64,000 nt of DNA, from IMG/VR virus record IMGVR_UViG_3300044878_000051, positions 30,031 to 94,030 of that record; one strand, written 5' to 3'. How positions within the stretch are numbered: the stretch's first letter is position 1; each line of letters opens with the position of its first letter. Made by a program: the position numbers and the translations under genes. Under the pieces are notes generated by a model. That model searched no databases. It saw only the letters and a list, made by a program, of their open reading frames with translations, and was not told the origin of the DNA. Below, piece after piece: positions 21,262 through 31,556 of this stretch. The stretch is from a virus.

Positions 21262-22683
21262 TTACCTGCCGTGATGGATAAAGTTGGCGATCGTGGCGAT
21301 CATTGTGGAGGAGAGACTCACGTGTCCCGAGATTGCTCTAGGGGTACGCAGGTCCAACACACCGTTCTTGGGCGCCAGCGGGTCCAGCTTTTCCAGGGTA
21401 GTATGATCCAGAATCACAATGCCGTTCAGGGCATCGCCGTCAAAGTCAGCGTTCATCCCGGAAAGGATGTTCACAGACGGGCTGATGGTGTTGATTGCTG
21501 GATTCGTTTTAACACGTTTCACGTAGAGCCGTTGCGCTGACAGACGAGTCAGGGTCGGGTTCCGCTGGAAGATCACTGGAATACCGCCACGAGGCGCTTC
21601 AGCAATCAGTTCCTTGAACAGCTCATCAAGGAGCGGGTGGTAGCACAGGGTGTTCTCGAACAGAAACTTGTTAGCTTCGTTCGGGGTGTAGCCGCGTTTC
21701 AGTAGTTTGTTGGTCAGGTGAATCTTGAACGTCATCACCGACAGAGACCATGGAAGTTCCAAGTCTTCGTAGTGGTGAGGATCAGACAGCGAGGAAATCA
21801 CTGCACGGAAGGAGAAGCTATCCCGTGATCCAAAGATGTGCTTACGGTACCAACCAGGTTTACCGCCCAACTGTGTGGAGATAAACGGGGCATAATAAGC
21901 TACCAACATGTTCAACGCTTTGATCGTACGCAACTCGATCTCACGCTGACGCAGGGGTGTAGGTGAGTTCTCAATACTGCTGAACGCTCGCATGGCGTTT
22001 ACCGCTGGAGTCATCCCGGTGTCGGCGTAAGTGCCGGTAGCGGTGTTCTCCGTGATAAACGTGATACGACTCGGACAAGGCAGATACTTACAGAAGATCT
22101 CCTTACGGTACATCTCAATGAACGTGAGAGTGTCGTCCATTTGTTGCTGGTTCTTGTTGTTCGGAAGGATCTCCCGCAAGAACAGGTTCATCAACTGGTC
22201 AAAGTGACGGTAGAAGGTATTGATCCCTCGACCGAGCTGCAACGACTTGATGTAGTCCAAGACGTTGTTGGCGTCTTGGTTGGGCGGTTGATAGCCTGGG
22301 TTTGTAATCCAGTCCAGCAGGTTCACCCCTTTGTACAGGAAGATCGGTTTCAGTACGTGGAAGGCCCACGGGTTGATCAGTGTGTCCACGCCACGGGGTG
22401 TGGTGATCCACAGGAGCGATTCTAGCGGTCGTTCCGTAACAGACATACAGGTGAACCCGCAGTCGTCGCAGACAACCCCTACGTTGTGCTCGTACTTAAC
22501 CTTCTTGCACTCACATGACGGGATCACGTCCAAGGTATCACCCTCGTAACGTGACATGATCATGCGGTTGAGCTTCTCCCGGTCTTCTTCGGTAGTGACA
22601 TCGAAGTCGTTGATAATCACTGGAGCTGACGTCAAGCTATTGAACAACTCGTCGTGATCAACAATAACTGCTTCTACACCCAT
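21262..22683 (-). CDS. rpoC: Non-virion RNA polymerase beta' N-terminal catalytic subunit (phiKZ gp55-56.1-like), uninterrupted
   Basis: N-terminal zinc finger (CEC...CDDC), FQRNPTL and the catalytic NADFDGD motif; adjacent to chimallin. Confidence 0.93.
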   Translation of the reverse strand: MGVEAVIVDHDELFNSLTSAPVIINDFDVTTEEDREKLNRMIMSRYEGDTLDVIPSCECKKVKYEHNVGVVCDDCGFTCMSVTERPLESLLWITTPRGVDTLINPWAFHVLKPIFLYKGVNLLDWITNPGYQPPNQDANNVLDYIKSLQLGRGINTFYRHFDQLMNLFLREILPNNKNQQQMDDTLTFIEMYRKEIFCKYLPCPSRITFITENTATGTYADTGMTPAVNAMRAFSSIENSPTPLRQREIELRTIKALNMLVAYYAPFISTQLGGKPGWYRKHIFGSRDSFSFRAVISSLSDPHHYEDLELPWSLSVMTFKIHLTNKLLKRGYTPNEANKFLFENTLCYHPLLDELFKELIAEAPRGGIPVIFQRNPTLTRLSAQRLYVKRVKTNPAINTISPSVNILSGMNADFDGDALNGIVILDHTTLEKLDPLAPKNGVLDLRTPRAISGHVSLSSTMIATIANFIHHGR

Positions 22684-22759
22684 GGGAGGTTCTCCTAAAA
22701 ATACCGGACATAAAAAGAAAAGGGGCGCGAACGCCCCTTTCATTACCGCTTAGCCGAAC

Positions 22760-24769
22760 TTAGTTACGACCCCAGTTGCCGGTGAACGGCGAGCTGAAGA
22801 GGCGGGAGTTCTGCTGGGTAGCGGTGCCGTAGTTGAAGAAGTCACCCACGTTCTGGTTGACGACCAGGTGATCCAGAGCGTAACCACCGCGCTGTACCAG
22901 GTTGGCGTTGTCATCCAGACCTTTGGCAGGACGGACGTTCAGGCCGGACTTCACGATGGCTGCCGACAGTGCGTCCAAGAACGCGTTGTCGAAGCTGACG
23001 CGACGAGCGAAGCCTTTGATCACGATGTCGCCAGAGATCAGTTGACGCAGGATCGCCTTGCGCTGATCCAGACGGACTTCCAGTGCGATGTTGGTGTTGC
23101 GGTGGGTATCTTCCCACGCTTCAACCAGCTTCGGATTGGTTTTGCCGGCCAGGTTCAGGATTGCAACGTAGTCCAGTTCACGCAGGTCACGACGATTGCC
23201 TTCGCGATCGTAGTAGTAGCCCAGGTGAATACGGTCTTGGTCGTCGTAGCAAACCGGCGCGTTGGCGTTGAACAGGGTCTGGAAGTGACCCATGGTCAGG
23301 TTGTTGGCTGCTTGCAGGATCGCCAGGCGAGCATCTTCGTTGCCGTTGGCGGCAGCGATGAAGGTCTGGTGAATCCAGGACAGCTCACCGGCTTCTTCGA
23401 TGTCCAGGGTGTAGATCAGCTTCGGAGCGATCAGCATGTTGATCAGTTGGCGCATTTCGTTGTCGCCGAATTCAGCGGAACGAGTGTCCAGACGATCAGG
23501 TTTTGCTTGCGGATCACCAGTCAGGTTGATCTCGTAGCCCAGGGCGCCGAGGTCCTTCAGGTCAACGTCGTTGCCTTTGCCCTTGTGAGTACGGAAAGTA
23601 CCCGACCAGTGCATGTTGCGGTTCAGGCCGAGTGCAGTCGACAGAGCCAGCAGTTGCAGTTCCATGGTGACGGCGTCAGTCATGGTGTCGATGGTGGTCA
23701 TGACCAGACGAGGCTGGTACATTTGAGTAGCCATCGGCTGCTGCTGTTGGAACATGTTGCCCATTTGCTGAGCAGGCTGGAAGCCGGCTGCGGCAGGTTG
23801 GTACATCAGGTCAACGTACGCGGTCACGCGGGTCAGTTGACGGGACTGTTGCAGGCCGAATTGCGCATCGGTCTGGGTCTGTGCGCTCATGCCGACGATG
23901 ATGTCGCCACGAACTGGCAGGCCGACGATGTTCTCTTCATGCTGACGGGTGAAGTCAACACGAGCGATCATCTGGTCGTTGGCGCCAACTTCGCCGAGGG
24001 TGAACGGTTCTTCAACCGAACCCAGCTTGTTGTCCATGATGGTGTACACCGCCTGGGTGGCGTTGTGCAACAGACGGTTGAAGCGCTGCTCGGTGAAGTC
24101 TTCGGTTTCGCTGTTGACGATCACGCAGCCGCCGTCGTGAACCAGGGCGTTGATGCCGTAGCTGTCGATGACGAACTTTTCCAGCACCGACCAGTAGGAC
24201 TTGTGCAGGTAGATGTCGCCGGCAACGACGTCGACTTCAACTTGCTGACCGTTCAGGTTGACGGTGGAGCTTTCCAGCGGAGAACCCGAGGATTCAACCA
24301 TCAGGCTGTAAACCGCGATGTGGTTCTGACCGCCGACGGCTTCCTTGTAGCAGACCAGGATCGAGCTGTAGGTGACCGGGGTAGCGTTGTTGTCCAGAAC
24401 CAGGAGACGGAAGTCAGCTTTCTGCTGTTCGTTCATGGTTTTGGCGATGCGGTCTTTCAGGCCTTGAAAGATTACGCTTACGTCTTCGCCGGCCATGTTA
24501 CGGCCAACGGGACGACGGTGGTTGGCGTTGATGTCGAGGACCGAACGGCCACGGCTACCAACACGAGAGGACGGCTGATTCACGTTTGCACCTGCTTGAG
24601 CGAAAGACTGTTGTTGGGATTGGGTTTGTTGCTGTTGAGCTTGCGCCTGTGGCTGCTCAGCCTGTGGAGCCGACTGAGAGGCCTGGGGATTCAAACCTGC
24701 CGTACGCATGGCTTCGGCCATTGCATTGTTCGGAGGAGTTTGGTTGTCGCGGTTTTTCTGGACGGCCAT
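22760..24769 (-). CDS. chmA: Chimallin, major phage nucleus shell protein (phiKZ gp54-like)
   Basis: 669 aa with high-expression codon bias, directly upstream of nvRNAP beta'N; RIHLGYY...RDLRELDY segment; own terminator and early promoter. Confidence 0.88.
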   Translation of the reverse strand: MAVQKNRDNQTPPNNAMAEAMRTAGLNPQASQSAPQAEQPQAQAQQQQTQSQQQSFAQAGANVNQPSSRVGSRGRSVLDINANHRRPVGRNMAGEDVSVIFQGLKDRIAKTMNEQQKADFRLLVLDNNATPVTYSSILVCYKEAVGGQNHIAVYSLMVESSGSPLESSTVNLNGQQVEVDVVAGDIYLHKSYWSVLEKFVIDSYGINALVHDGGCVIVNSETEDFTEQRFNRLLHNATQAVYTIMDNKLGSVEEPFTLGEVGANDQMIARVDFTRQHEENIVGLPVRGDIIVGMSAQTQTDAQFGLQQSRQLTRVTAYVDLMYQPAAAGFQPAQQMGNMFQQQQPMATQMYQPRLVMTTIDTMTDAVTMELQLLALSTALGLNRNMHWSGTFRTHKGKGNDVDLKDLGALGYEINLTGDPQAKPDRLDTRSAEFGDNEMRQLINMLIAPKLIYTLDIEEAGELSWIHQTFIAAANGNEDARLAILQAANNLTMGHFQTLFNANAPVCYDDQDRIHLGYYYDREGNRRDLRELDYVAILNLAGKTNPKLVEAWEDTHRNTNIALEVRLDQRKAILRQLISGDIVIKGFARRVSFDNAFLDALSAAIVKSGLNVRPAKGLDDNANLVQRGGYALDHLVVNQNVGDFFNYGTATQQNSRLFSSPFTGNWGRN

Positions 24770-24861
24770 CTCTGGTTCCTTTCTTTTCGATTTCGAGGGT
24801 TACTAGCACAACATTAGCCAATGCACTATTCTAATACATTTACTGCTAAGTGTTCATGTTG

Positions 24862-24878
24862 GTAATATGTGGCTCAAA
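24862..24878 (-). promoter_or_regulatory. Early-type promoter for chmA
   Basis: Minus strand TTTGAGCCACATATTAC. Confidence 0.7.
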
Positions 24879-24992
24879 TTGGTTTGAATCAACTATTACC
24901 GATTCTTCGGATCATGCGCCCATATTCACTAAGTGCTCATCGCACCCAGAAGGATCATTTTCCTTATAAGATATAGTAGCGTATGTATTCTT

Positions 24993-25283
24993 TTACTTAA
25001 TCAGGGTATTGCTCAGCACACAGTGGACGTAGTGCCCTGCCGCTTTAGCTGCTTTGCGAGCATCTTGCTCAGCCAACGATTCCAGCAATTGCTTGGAGTC
25101 GTGAGGGAACTCGGTGATAGTGTGGCCCCGATCCTTGGAGATACCCAAGACAACGTGACGTTCGTAGACTCTACGCTTAGCCTTCTTAGGCTTGTCTGGG
25201 ACTTCCACCACAGGAGCGCTTCCAGTAGCACGAGCAATGTCGAGGCGCAGTTGGGATTCCCAGTCTTTCAATTCTTTGGTCAT
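24993..25283 (-). CDS. Hypothetical protein
   Basis: 96-aa ORF with GGAG SD, downstream of an early promoter motif. Confidence 0.65.
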   Translation of the reverse strand: MTKELKDWESQLRLDIARATGSAPVVEVPDKPKKAKRRVYERHVVLGISKDRGHTITEFPHDSKQLLESLAEQDARKAAKAAGHYVHCVLSNTLIK

Positions 25284-25344
25284 AGCGATTCAACTCCACA
25301 GTTGAGATAGATTAGTGATAGCTTTAGGTGTGGTCTATCACGAG

Positions 25345-25362
25345 GATAATATGTATTTCAAA
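25345..25362 (-). promoter_or_regulatory. Early-type promoter motif
   Basis: Minus strand TTTGAAATACATATTATC. Confidence 0.6.
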
Positions 25363-25393
25363 TTCCTTTGAATCCAGTTTAAGGGCGCCTACC

Positions 25394-26494
25394 ATGTACA
25401 CCCTCTTTAATGAAACAATCTGGGGTTCGAGCGGTGTTACTATTACTTACCCCAAATACGAGCAAGCCCTCAAAGGTCTACGTTTGAATTTGGAGCGAGT
25501 GGTTGACTACAACCGTCAATACCCCAGAGCTACCAACAGTAATCACTTCCTCGTGAAATTGCTGCAATCCCTTAACGTACCATTAAGCATGGACGTCAAC
25601 ATTTACAGGGACCGAGTCGCCGAGGTGGCTGAAGGTGTGGGGATGGCCTTGAACCTGACCTCTTCCTTATATAGAGGCCGAGTGTTCAGTCCCGGTGTGT
25701 TCTACGGGAAAGGGTCTTACGAGATCATCATTGCCCACTCTGAAGATTGGGACATTAGCAACATTGAGGACGAGTGGGAGAACTATCGCCCAGTTACCTT
25801 CCTGACTCATCCCAAGACTGACTTGGACATTGATCTACCAGAAGGACTACAGAACAGTTCAGAGACTGGGTTGTCGGTGATTCTGGTGAACGTACCGATG
25901 TTGGCCTGTCAGTACAAGATGTGGCGGATGCGGGAGTGGTCACAGAACTCTGAGGCCCAGCGCACCAAGATGCAGTTCGTGGCGTCTTACCCGTTGACCA
26001 ACATGTTGCACTCCCAGTTGGACTTGGCGATCCTGAATCGCTTCCAGCACATCTACCGGGGTGAGCCTTGTGCACGTTCCCTACTGCGTCGTCCGTTTGC
26101 TTTGACTGACTGGTATCCGAATGTGGACTTTGCTCTGGATCAGATGTCGGTGGACTTCCGTAAAAGGAAGATGTCGTTCGACCAAGCGCTGATGTGGATC
26201 AAGGGTGTGTCTAACTGGACGCTGCGTGATGCTGTACGTATTCCGTCAATGGCACCTACCCGACAAGTGGTGTGGGCTTTGGGGATGGCTCGAGCTTCTC
26301 TGGTCAAGTTCTTATTGGACTGGACTGTGGAAACCGGGAACGACCGTAATAAACAGTACGCGAACATCATCCAGTTGGAAACTAGTCGACTGATGAATGA
26401 CAGTGCACTGCGTGGTGCGTTACCCCCAGTGGCCACTAAGCTCTGGGAAGACATCTTCAAAGCAATCGTCATAAAAGCTAAATCGGTACGGTAA
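25394..26494 (+). CDS. Conserved core protein (phiKZ gp52-like)
   Basis: Lies between DNA polymerase and chimallin in the opposite orientation, as recalled for phiKZ-like phages. Confidence 0.65.
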   Translation: MYTLFNETIWGSSGVTITYPKYEQALKGLRLNLERVVDYNRQYPRATNSNHFLVKLLQSLNVPLSMDVNIYRDRVAEVAEGVGMALNLTSSLYRGRVFSPGVFYGKGSYEIIIAHSEDWDISNIEDEWENYRPVTFLTHPKTDLDIDLPEGLQNSSETGLSVILVNVPMLACQYKMWRMREWSQNSEAQRTKMQFVASYPLTNMLHSQLDLAILNRFQHIYRGEPCARSLLRRPFALTDWYPNVDFALDQMSVDFRKRKMSFDQALMWIKGVSNWTLRDAVRIPSMAPTRQVVWALGMARASLVKFLLDWTVETGNDRNKQYANIIQLETSRLMNDSALRGALPPVATKLWEDIFKAIVIKAKSVR

Positions 26495-26533
26495 GCTAAA
26501 CAGCCAGGGCTCGACGCCCTGGCTGTTTAGCCT

Positions 26534-28762
26534 TTATGCCGCTGGTGAGGCTTCGAGGAAGTCCGATACAAGCTTGGTGTTATTGTCGTTAGACAGGAAA
26601 ACGCCGAGTGATTCCAAAATCAAATAGAACGGACGTACAGTCGAGTACACGAGTTTACGGATGTTCATTGCAGACAGTACTTCAGTTGGCAGGCCGGTCA
26701 GCTCTACCACGTCTTTCGGCAGGAGCAAGGTAGTCGCGTTAGGTTTCCCCTCGTACTGCCTCATCAGGCCTTCACGGATGTGTTGGTCTTGAATACCTTC
26801 AATCCAACCGGCTAGGGCTGTCTTGTTCGGTACATCCAGCGAAACCTTGATCGCAGCGTACGGTGGCTTTGGGGCCTCGCCGTATTTCTCACGGAACACA
26901 CGTTCCCACAACAGGTAGTGTTGGTACGGAGACTGCCCAGGGTTGACGTAAGCACCAGCATCTTTGACAGAAGCCCGAGCAAGGTACTTGGACTCAGCTC
27001 TCATCACCGAACTGATAATACCGTGTTCGATGTCAGCGACTTTCTGCATGATGTCAGTGATCTTGATTTTCTCCCCAGCCATCACGTTGTCCATGATCCC
27101 ACACATGGTGGCTGTCACTTCCTTCATGATGTTCGGCGGACAGTTCGAGTCTTTGAGGTAAACCCCTTTGATCTCTTCTTCCAGCTCGGAGAACACGTTA
27201 CCTTCTTTGGCTGCCTTGTAGGCGTAGTAATGCTTAGCCATCGAAGTCAAACTGAAGACAGAGAATGCAAACTCGTTCTTCATAGCCAGAACGTTGAGCT
27301 TCTCTGGAACCACACCCATCGTGGTCGACAGTTGTGCCAGTACGTGGATGATCGACTGAGTAGCCAGATACACCATCGTGTAGTCCACAGCAAACGCTTC
27401 AGGACTGAAGTCAACCTTACCGCAATACCACTGCACCCAGTTCTGCACGGTGAAGATCGTGGAGTCGGTGTCAGAGGTAATAGCCACCTGACGCACAGAG
27501 TCACGAATCCATGCTACCGAAGCAGGCATGTTGTCCGTTACCCAGAACGCATTGATCAGGTAGACGTAATCGTTCAGCACTTGGTGAATGTTCTTCACTG
27601 TCGCACCGATGATGCAGTAGTCAGCAGGGCGCTGTTCCAACAACTTACCCAGACCCAGACCACCTAGCTCGTCAGAACACAGCAGGCTCACGAACGCTTT
27701 GAGGTCGTTGTCCATACCCTTGATGTAGGTCTTGGCTTCTTCCAGCTCAATACCGACTGTAGCCTTGCTGGACAGACGTGCCATGAACAGACGCATCGGA
27801 GCGTTGTTGAACTTGGACAGGTGCCACATATCGCCAACGTAGGCAAATGCGGAACGTTCCAGATCATTCAACCCTTCGACCAAGCAACGGATCTCAGCCA
27901 CTTGACGCTTGTTCACCCAGTAGTGCTGAGTGGAGTACAGGATCAACTCCATGACTTCATCAACAGTAGGTGCCCGGAATCCGTAGAGTTCCATGGCCTT
28001 AGCGATCAGGTCGTAATCAACGTGACCGATGATGCTGACGATGTTTGCCTTCACAACGTCTGGCGACCAGTAGTGACGGTTGCCTGCCAAGAACTTCTCG
28101 TTGTTGGCGTTACCCAGCGAAGTCGCAACCCGGCAGGTAGAAGTCAGGCTCGAGTGTGCCGACTTGTTGTGCAGGATCGTAGAAGCCGACGCTTGACCAC
28201 CGGACAGACTGTTGTTCGCAATCTTGTACGTGGTCTGTTCGTTTTCTTTCAGGTCTTCCAGTTCTTGCATAGTCGCCGCTTGACGACTCATGACACGAGC
28301 TTGAACGGTGTCACCTGCTTTCAGGAACTCTTCAGCTTTGAGTTTGAACTCCTGGCCAGCCATCTTGGCTTCCAGACCTTCGTGCTTCACCTTACCACGA
28401 CCGACGATGTTACCGGTGATGTATTCGGAGAGCAGGGAAGGCAAGACATCCGGGTGTTCGTAGACAGTCATGCTCGGTGCAAAGAGCCAACGGTTCTGGA
28501 TGATGTCTTTCAGGTACTGCGTGAAAGTGGTTTCATGTTGACCACGATCACCTTTATCGTCGCGATGTAAGCAAAGTAGCGCAGGGTCGACTATCTCAAA
28601 CTTGCCACCGGGGCCTGTCTGACGCTGTACGTAAGCCACACAGTCTTCAATCGGTTTACCTGTACGTTTGCTTAGGAAAATCGCCATGTCCCGTCGGTAG
28701 TTCCCCACGACGTCCAGATCGCGCTTGTACGCGGTAGCTGGCTTAACAAAATGGTTCTCCAT
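26534..28762 (-). CDS. Family B DNA polymerase, palm/C-terminal part (phiKZ gp50-like)
   Basis: Motif B KIANNSLSG, motif C SDTDS, then KHY and EIKG; no obvious exonuclease motifs, consistent with the split polymerase of this family. Confidence 0.9.
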   Translation of the reverse strand: MENHFVKPATAYKRDLDVVGNYRRDMAIFLSKRTGKPIEDCVAYVQRQTGPGGKFEIVDPALLCLHRDDKGDRGQHETTFTQYLKDIIQNRWLFAPSMTVYEHPDVLPSLLSEYITGNIVGRGKVKHEGLEAKMAGQEFKLKAEEFLKAGDTVQARVMSRQAATMQELEDLKENEQTTYKIANNSLSGGQASASTILHNKSAHSSLTSTCRVATSLGNANNEKFLAGNRHYWSPDVVKANIVSIIGHVDYDLIAKAMELYGFRAPTVDEVMELILYSTQHYWVNKRQVAEIRCLVEGLNDLERSAFAYVGDMWHLSKFNNAPMRLFMARLSSKATVGIELEEAKTYIKGMDNDLKAFVSLLCSDELGGLGLGKLLEQRPADYCIIGATVKNIHQVLNDYVYLINAFWVTDNMPASVAWIRDSVRQVAITSDTDSTIFTVQNWVQWYCGKVDFSPEAFAVDYTMVYLATQSIIHVLAQLSTTMGVVPEKLNVLAMKNEFAFSVFSLTSMAKHYYAYKAAKEGNVFSELEEEIKGVYLKDSNCPPNIMKEVTATMCGIMDNVMAGEKIKITDIMQKVADIEHGIISSVMRAESKYLARASVKDAGAYVNPGQSPYQHYLLWERVFREKYGEAPKPPYAAIKVSLDVPNKTALAGWIEGIQDQHIREGLMRQYEGKPNATTLLLPKDVVELTGLPTEVLSAMNIRKLVYSTVRPFYLILESLGVFLSNDNNTKLVSDFLEASPAA

Positions 28763-28854
28763 TACAACTCCTAAGCTGAGGTCTCTTCATTCTATTGGTC
28801 GGGTACGGATTTTAATACGCACGGCATAATGAGGGAGGTTTCCCTCCCCCACTA

Positions 28855-29472
28855 TTAATCAGCAATAGCTTCGACCGGTTCGGACTTCAGGGATTCCACC
28901 TTGATAGTCCATTCCTCAAAGAGGCTACTGATCTTGGCCTTCTCTTCGTCCGTACGCTGAGCAGGCTGGTTAACAATCACCTCCTTCAGCGGGAACGGGA
29001 ACTTAGGCAGCTCGGTCTCTTTGGACTTCACTTCCAAGTCGATCTTGATCCACGGGTGACGCTCACCAGCTTGTGTGGTGTAAACGTCGACTTCCCATTT
29101 CAGGTCAGTCCCTTCGATCTCGAAGATGTAGCGAGTCTTGTTCAGACCCTTGTCGGCGAAGAAACGGAATTGCTCGAAGAAATCCTTGGAGCAGATCTGT
29201 TCTACTTCTTTCTTGCCCAATTCCCCAGGGGTCTTGGTCTTGACGCACATCTCGTACGTCTTGTCGTCAGTAGCTCGTACGCGACATTGAGCAAAGGCAC
29301 CTTCACTGCGTTCGCGGTAAGATTCCCACTGCTCCTGCTTCTCCTGACGGGTCGCTTGTTCCAACCACTCCCAGGACTCTACCCGAGCGAAGAAGGCGTA
29401 TTCGATCTCTTGCTGTACCGTTCCATCAGCACCGTCTTCCAGTGAGATGTTCAGGCGTCGTAAAGACGTCAT
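28855..29472 (-). CDS. CYTH-like (triphosphate tunnel metalloenzyme) protein
   Basis: EIEY, RVR, KKEVE, KTRY, WEVD and IDLEV pattern; N-terminal SLE. Confidence 0.75.
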   Translation of the reverse strand: MTSLRRLNISLEDGADGTVQQEIEYAFFARVESWEWLEQATRQEKQEQWESYRERSEGAFAQCRVRATDDKTYEMCVKTKTPGELGKKEVEQICSKDFFEQFRFFADKGLNKTRYIFEIEGTDLKWEVDVYTTQAGERHPWIKIDLEVKSKETELPKFPFPLKEVIVNQPAQRTDEEKAKISSLFEEWTIKVESLKSEPVEAIAD

Positions 29473-29609
29473 AAAAAACTCCAATTGGGACAAAGAAAAA
29501 AGATAGGGGCCGAAGCCCCGTATCTAATCCCACCAACCAGGAACCAACAGCCCATGCTAGTCCTAATGGCGACACGGCCCAACGTGTCATAGATTAATGG
29601 GTTGTGTAT

Positions 29610-30020
29610 TTAATTACCGGCGGTGAGTTCTACTTGGTTGTAACCGTTCGCACCCAACAGGGCCAGGATCTGATCCCAGTCCGAAGGTTTGACCCCGGAG
29701 ATCTTGGCGTTGATCACCGTGTAGTCAGACAACACGATGCTCGATTCCTTGATCCACGGCAAACCTAGGATCTGGCGTTGGCCAGAAGGGAACTCGATCC
29801 GCACGTACAGGTAAGCGTCAGGATCATTCGGCGTACCGCTAGGTAGTGAACCGAACACGTTGGCGTGGATCTCATCCACCCCAGTACCCAAGTCACGGGC
29901 AGTGGTGGAATCAATAACACCGAGAACCTTGACGTTCTTGAACTGGGAGTTCAGTACGGCAGTTGGCCAGACCGAGAAACTCACAACAGACTTTTGAACC
30001 AGTTTGTCTTGTGTAGCCAT
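29610..30020 (-). CDS. Conserved chimallivirus small beta-rich protein
   Basis: HANVFGSLPSGTPNDP...ILGLPWI motif, as recalled for phiKZ-like phages. Confidence 0.7.
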   Translation of the reverse strand: MATQDKLVQKSVVSFSVWPTAVLNSQFKNVKVLGVIDSTTARDLGTGVDEIHANVFGSLPSGTPNDPDAYLYVRIEFPSGQRQILGLPWIKESSIVLSDYTVINAKISGVKPSDWDQILALLGANGYNQVELTAGN

Positions 30021-30352
30021 GGGTGTTGAAACTCCTGAAACTCAACCATAACTAGCCCGCTATGGTTAATCAGTTTAATAGAAGAAAGAGTACCCCTAAC
30101 AAGCCGCCGGTAGAGTAGTTCCTCACGTATTCTCTCGACTGTCTCCCAGAACAAGTCTAGGAGGTCGTGGTCTAACGTTTCGGTATCGAGATCGTAAGGA
30201 TCTTCTAAACCTAGGACCGTACTCACCAACAGATCAAAATCCTGTGTCCGGTCTTCCGTTTCACCCAAAGGATCGACGTTGACAGGGCAGATCATCTTGA
30301 AGATTGCTAGGGCCTCTAATAAGTTGGTGGACACGAAAGCAGCACGACCCAC
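29981..30352 (-). CDS. Hypothetical protein (small-ORF array)
   Basis: 123-aa ORF with GTG start and GAGG SD. Confidence 0.65.
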   Translation of the reverse strand: MGRAAFVSTNLLEALAIFKMICPVNVDPLGETEDRTQDFDLLVSTVLGLEDPYDLDTETLDHDLLDLFWETVERIREELLYRRLVRGTLSSIKLINHSGLVMVEFQEFQHPWLHKTNWFKSLL

Positions 30353-30364
30353 GATAAACCTCGC

Positions 30365-30718
30365 TTAGCCAATGAACTCCAGTATAACCGTGGAACTCAC
30401 CAGCGACTGGAAACGGTACATCAGTTGACCGTCAGGCCTGTAGAGCATCATCTGTGACATACACTTCAGAAGATCCACCCCGTAGCGTTTCAAGGCGTTA
30501 CACATAATTTCACCATCCTCAGTGAACTTACCGTCTTTCGCCATGTGTTTCAGTACGGACAGGCAGTAACGATCTAACTCGCTCATGTTATTACCGTCAG
30601 ACAAGTGAGTAATTACATTTCGCGTCTCTTGCACAAGGTCATACTGCACCACTTCCATCATTGCCAGTGAGGCACGGAACTGCTTTATAGCGGCTGCGCT
30701 GTTCAATGCGACATTCAT
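30365..30718 (-). CDS. Hypothetical protein (small-ORF array)
   Basis: 117-aa ORF in a tight operon. Confidence 0.7.
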   Translation of the reverse strand: MNVALNSAAAIKQFRASLAMMEVVQYDLVQETRNVITHLSDGNNMSELDRYCLSVLKHMAKDGKFTEDGEIMCNALKRYGVDLLKCMSQMMLYRPDGQLMYRFQSLVSSTVILEFIG

Positions 30719-30754
30719 AATTCACTCGTCATAAAGAGGAGCGCACAGCACTCC

Positions 30755-31171
30755 TCAGATATAAGACTCAACCAAGACGTTCCCACCGATCCATTGACGG
30801 GTCAAGCGGTAGCCGAAGCTTGGGGTTTTGAAGTACTGACTGGTCATGTCTGAGATCAGCATGTGGATCTCGAGCGCAAGGTTCGTCAGGTTGTGCAAGG
30901 CGATGGCTTCATCGTCACTCAGTTCGCTGGGGTCTGATTGCCCCTTGACATTACACAGGAAGTGATCCTCTATAATGCCCATCACAGTCCACGTCTTATC
31001 GTACCGGATGTGGAGGTCAGTGATGCTGAAGGAGAGTTCGGCTAACCCTTTAAGGCTCACCTGATGCTCCAACAGATAGGGTTCCAGATGCCAGTAGTCC
31101 CGGAGGATTCGACTCACCGGGATCAGGATGGGATTAGAACGCACCACTTTTAAATCGCTCATGATAGTCAC
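30755..31171 (-). CDS. Hypothetical protein (small-ORF array)
   Basis: 138-aa ORF in a tight operon. Confidence 0.7.
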   Translation of the reverse strand: MTIMSDLKVVRSNPILIPVSRILRDYWHLEPYLLEHQVSLKGLAELSFSITDLHIRYDKTWTVMGIIEDHFLCNVKGQSDPSELSDDEAIALHNLTNLALEIHMLISDMTSQYFKTPSFGYRLTRQWIGGNVLVESYI

Positions 31172-31183
31172 TCACTCGAGTGC

Positions 31184-31555
31184 TTAGCAGCGGATTAGAT
31201 CTACGTAATGCCCGTGGTTAGGATTCACCCGGAGATCGAAGTCGTAGTTCCCGTGTTTGAGGATCGGCTTCAGGTAACGGGCTACCGCTATCTGGGCACG
31301 GATGTAGTTCTCCTCGTATGCCATCAGTTGTGCTTTGTGAACCATGAAGTACGCGTACTCCATCTCCGTCAGGTGCTGCACCAAGAAGTCGTCCATGGAG
31401 CAGATCACGCTGGCCTCGTAATCCAAGGGGTCTCGTGTGAGTTCCCCGTAGAGCACGTTGTTGAAGAACTCGTCTCGATCCACCCCGAGCTGGTCCAGGA
31501 TGTCCTTATCCACAGGGGGCAATAAGGTATCCCGGATGTACAAACGCATGGACAT
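31184..31555 (-). CDS. Hypothetical protein (small-ORF array)
   Basis: 123-aa ORF with AGGAG SD. Confidence 0.7.
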   Translation of the reverse strand: MSMRLYIRDTLLPPVDKDILDQLGVDRDEFFNNVLYGELTRDPLDYEASVICSMDDFLVQHLTEMEYAYFMVHKAQLMAYEENYIRAQIAVARYLKPILKHGNYDFDLRVNPNHGHYVDLIRC

Positions 31556-31556
31556 G

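Noticed and set aside
22868-24817. 649-aa plus-strand ORF antisense to chmA (likewise 12643..14184, 59087..61183, 56657..58012, 62253..63428)
   Set aside because: Shadow ORFs produced by the codon bias of the real genes on the opposite strand; no SD or protein motifs.
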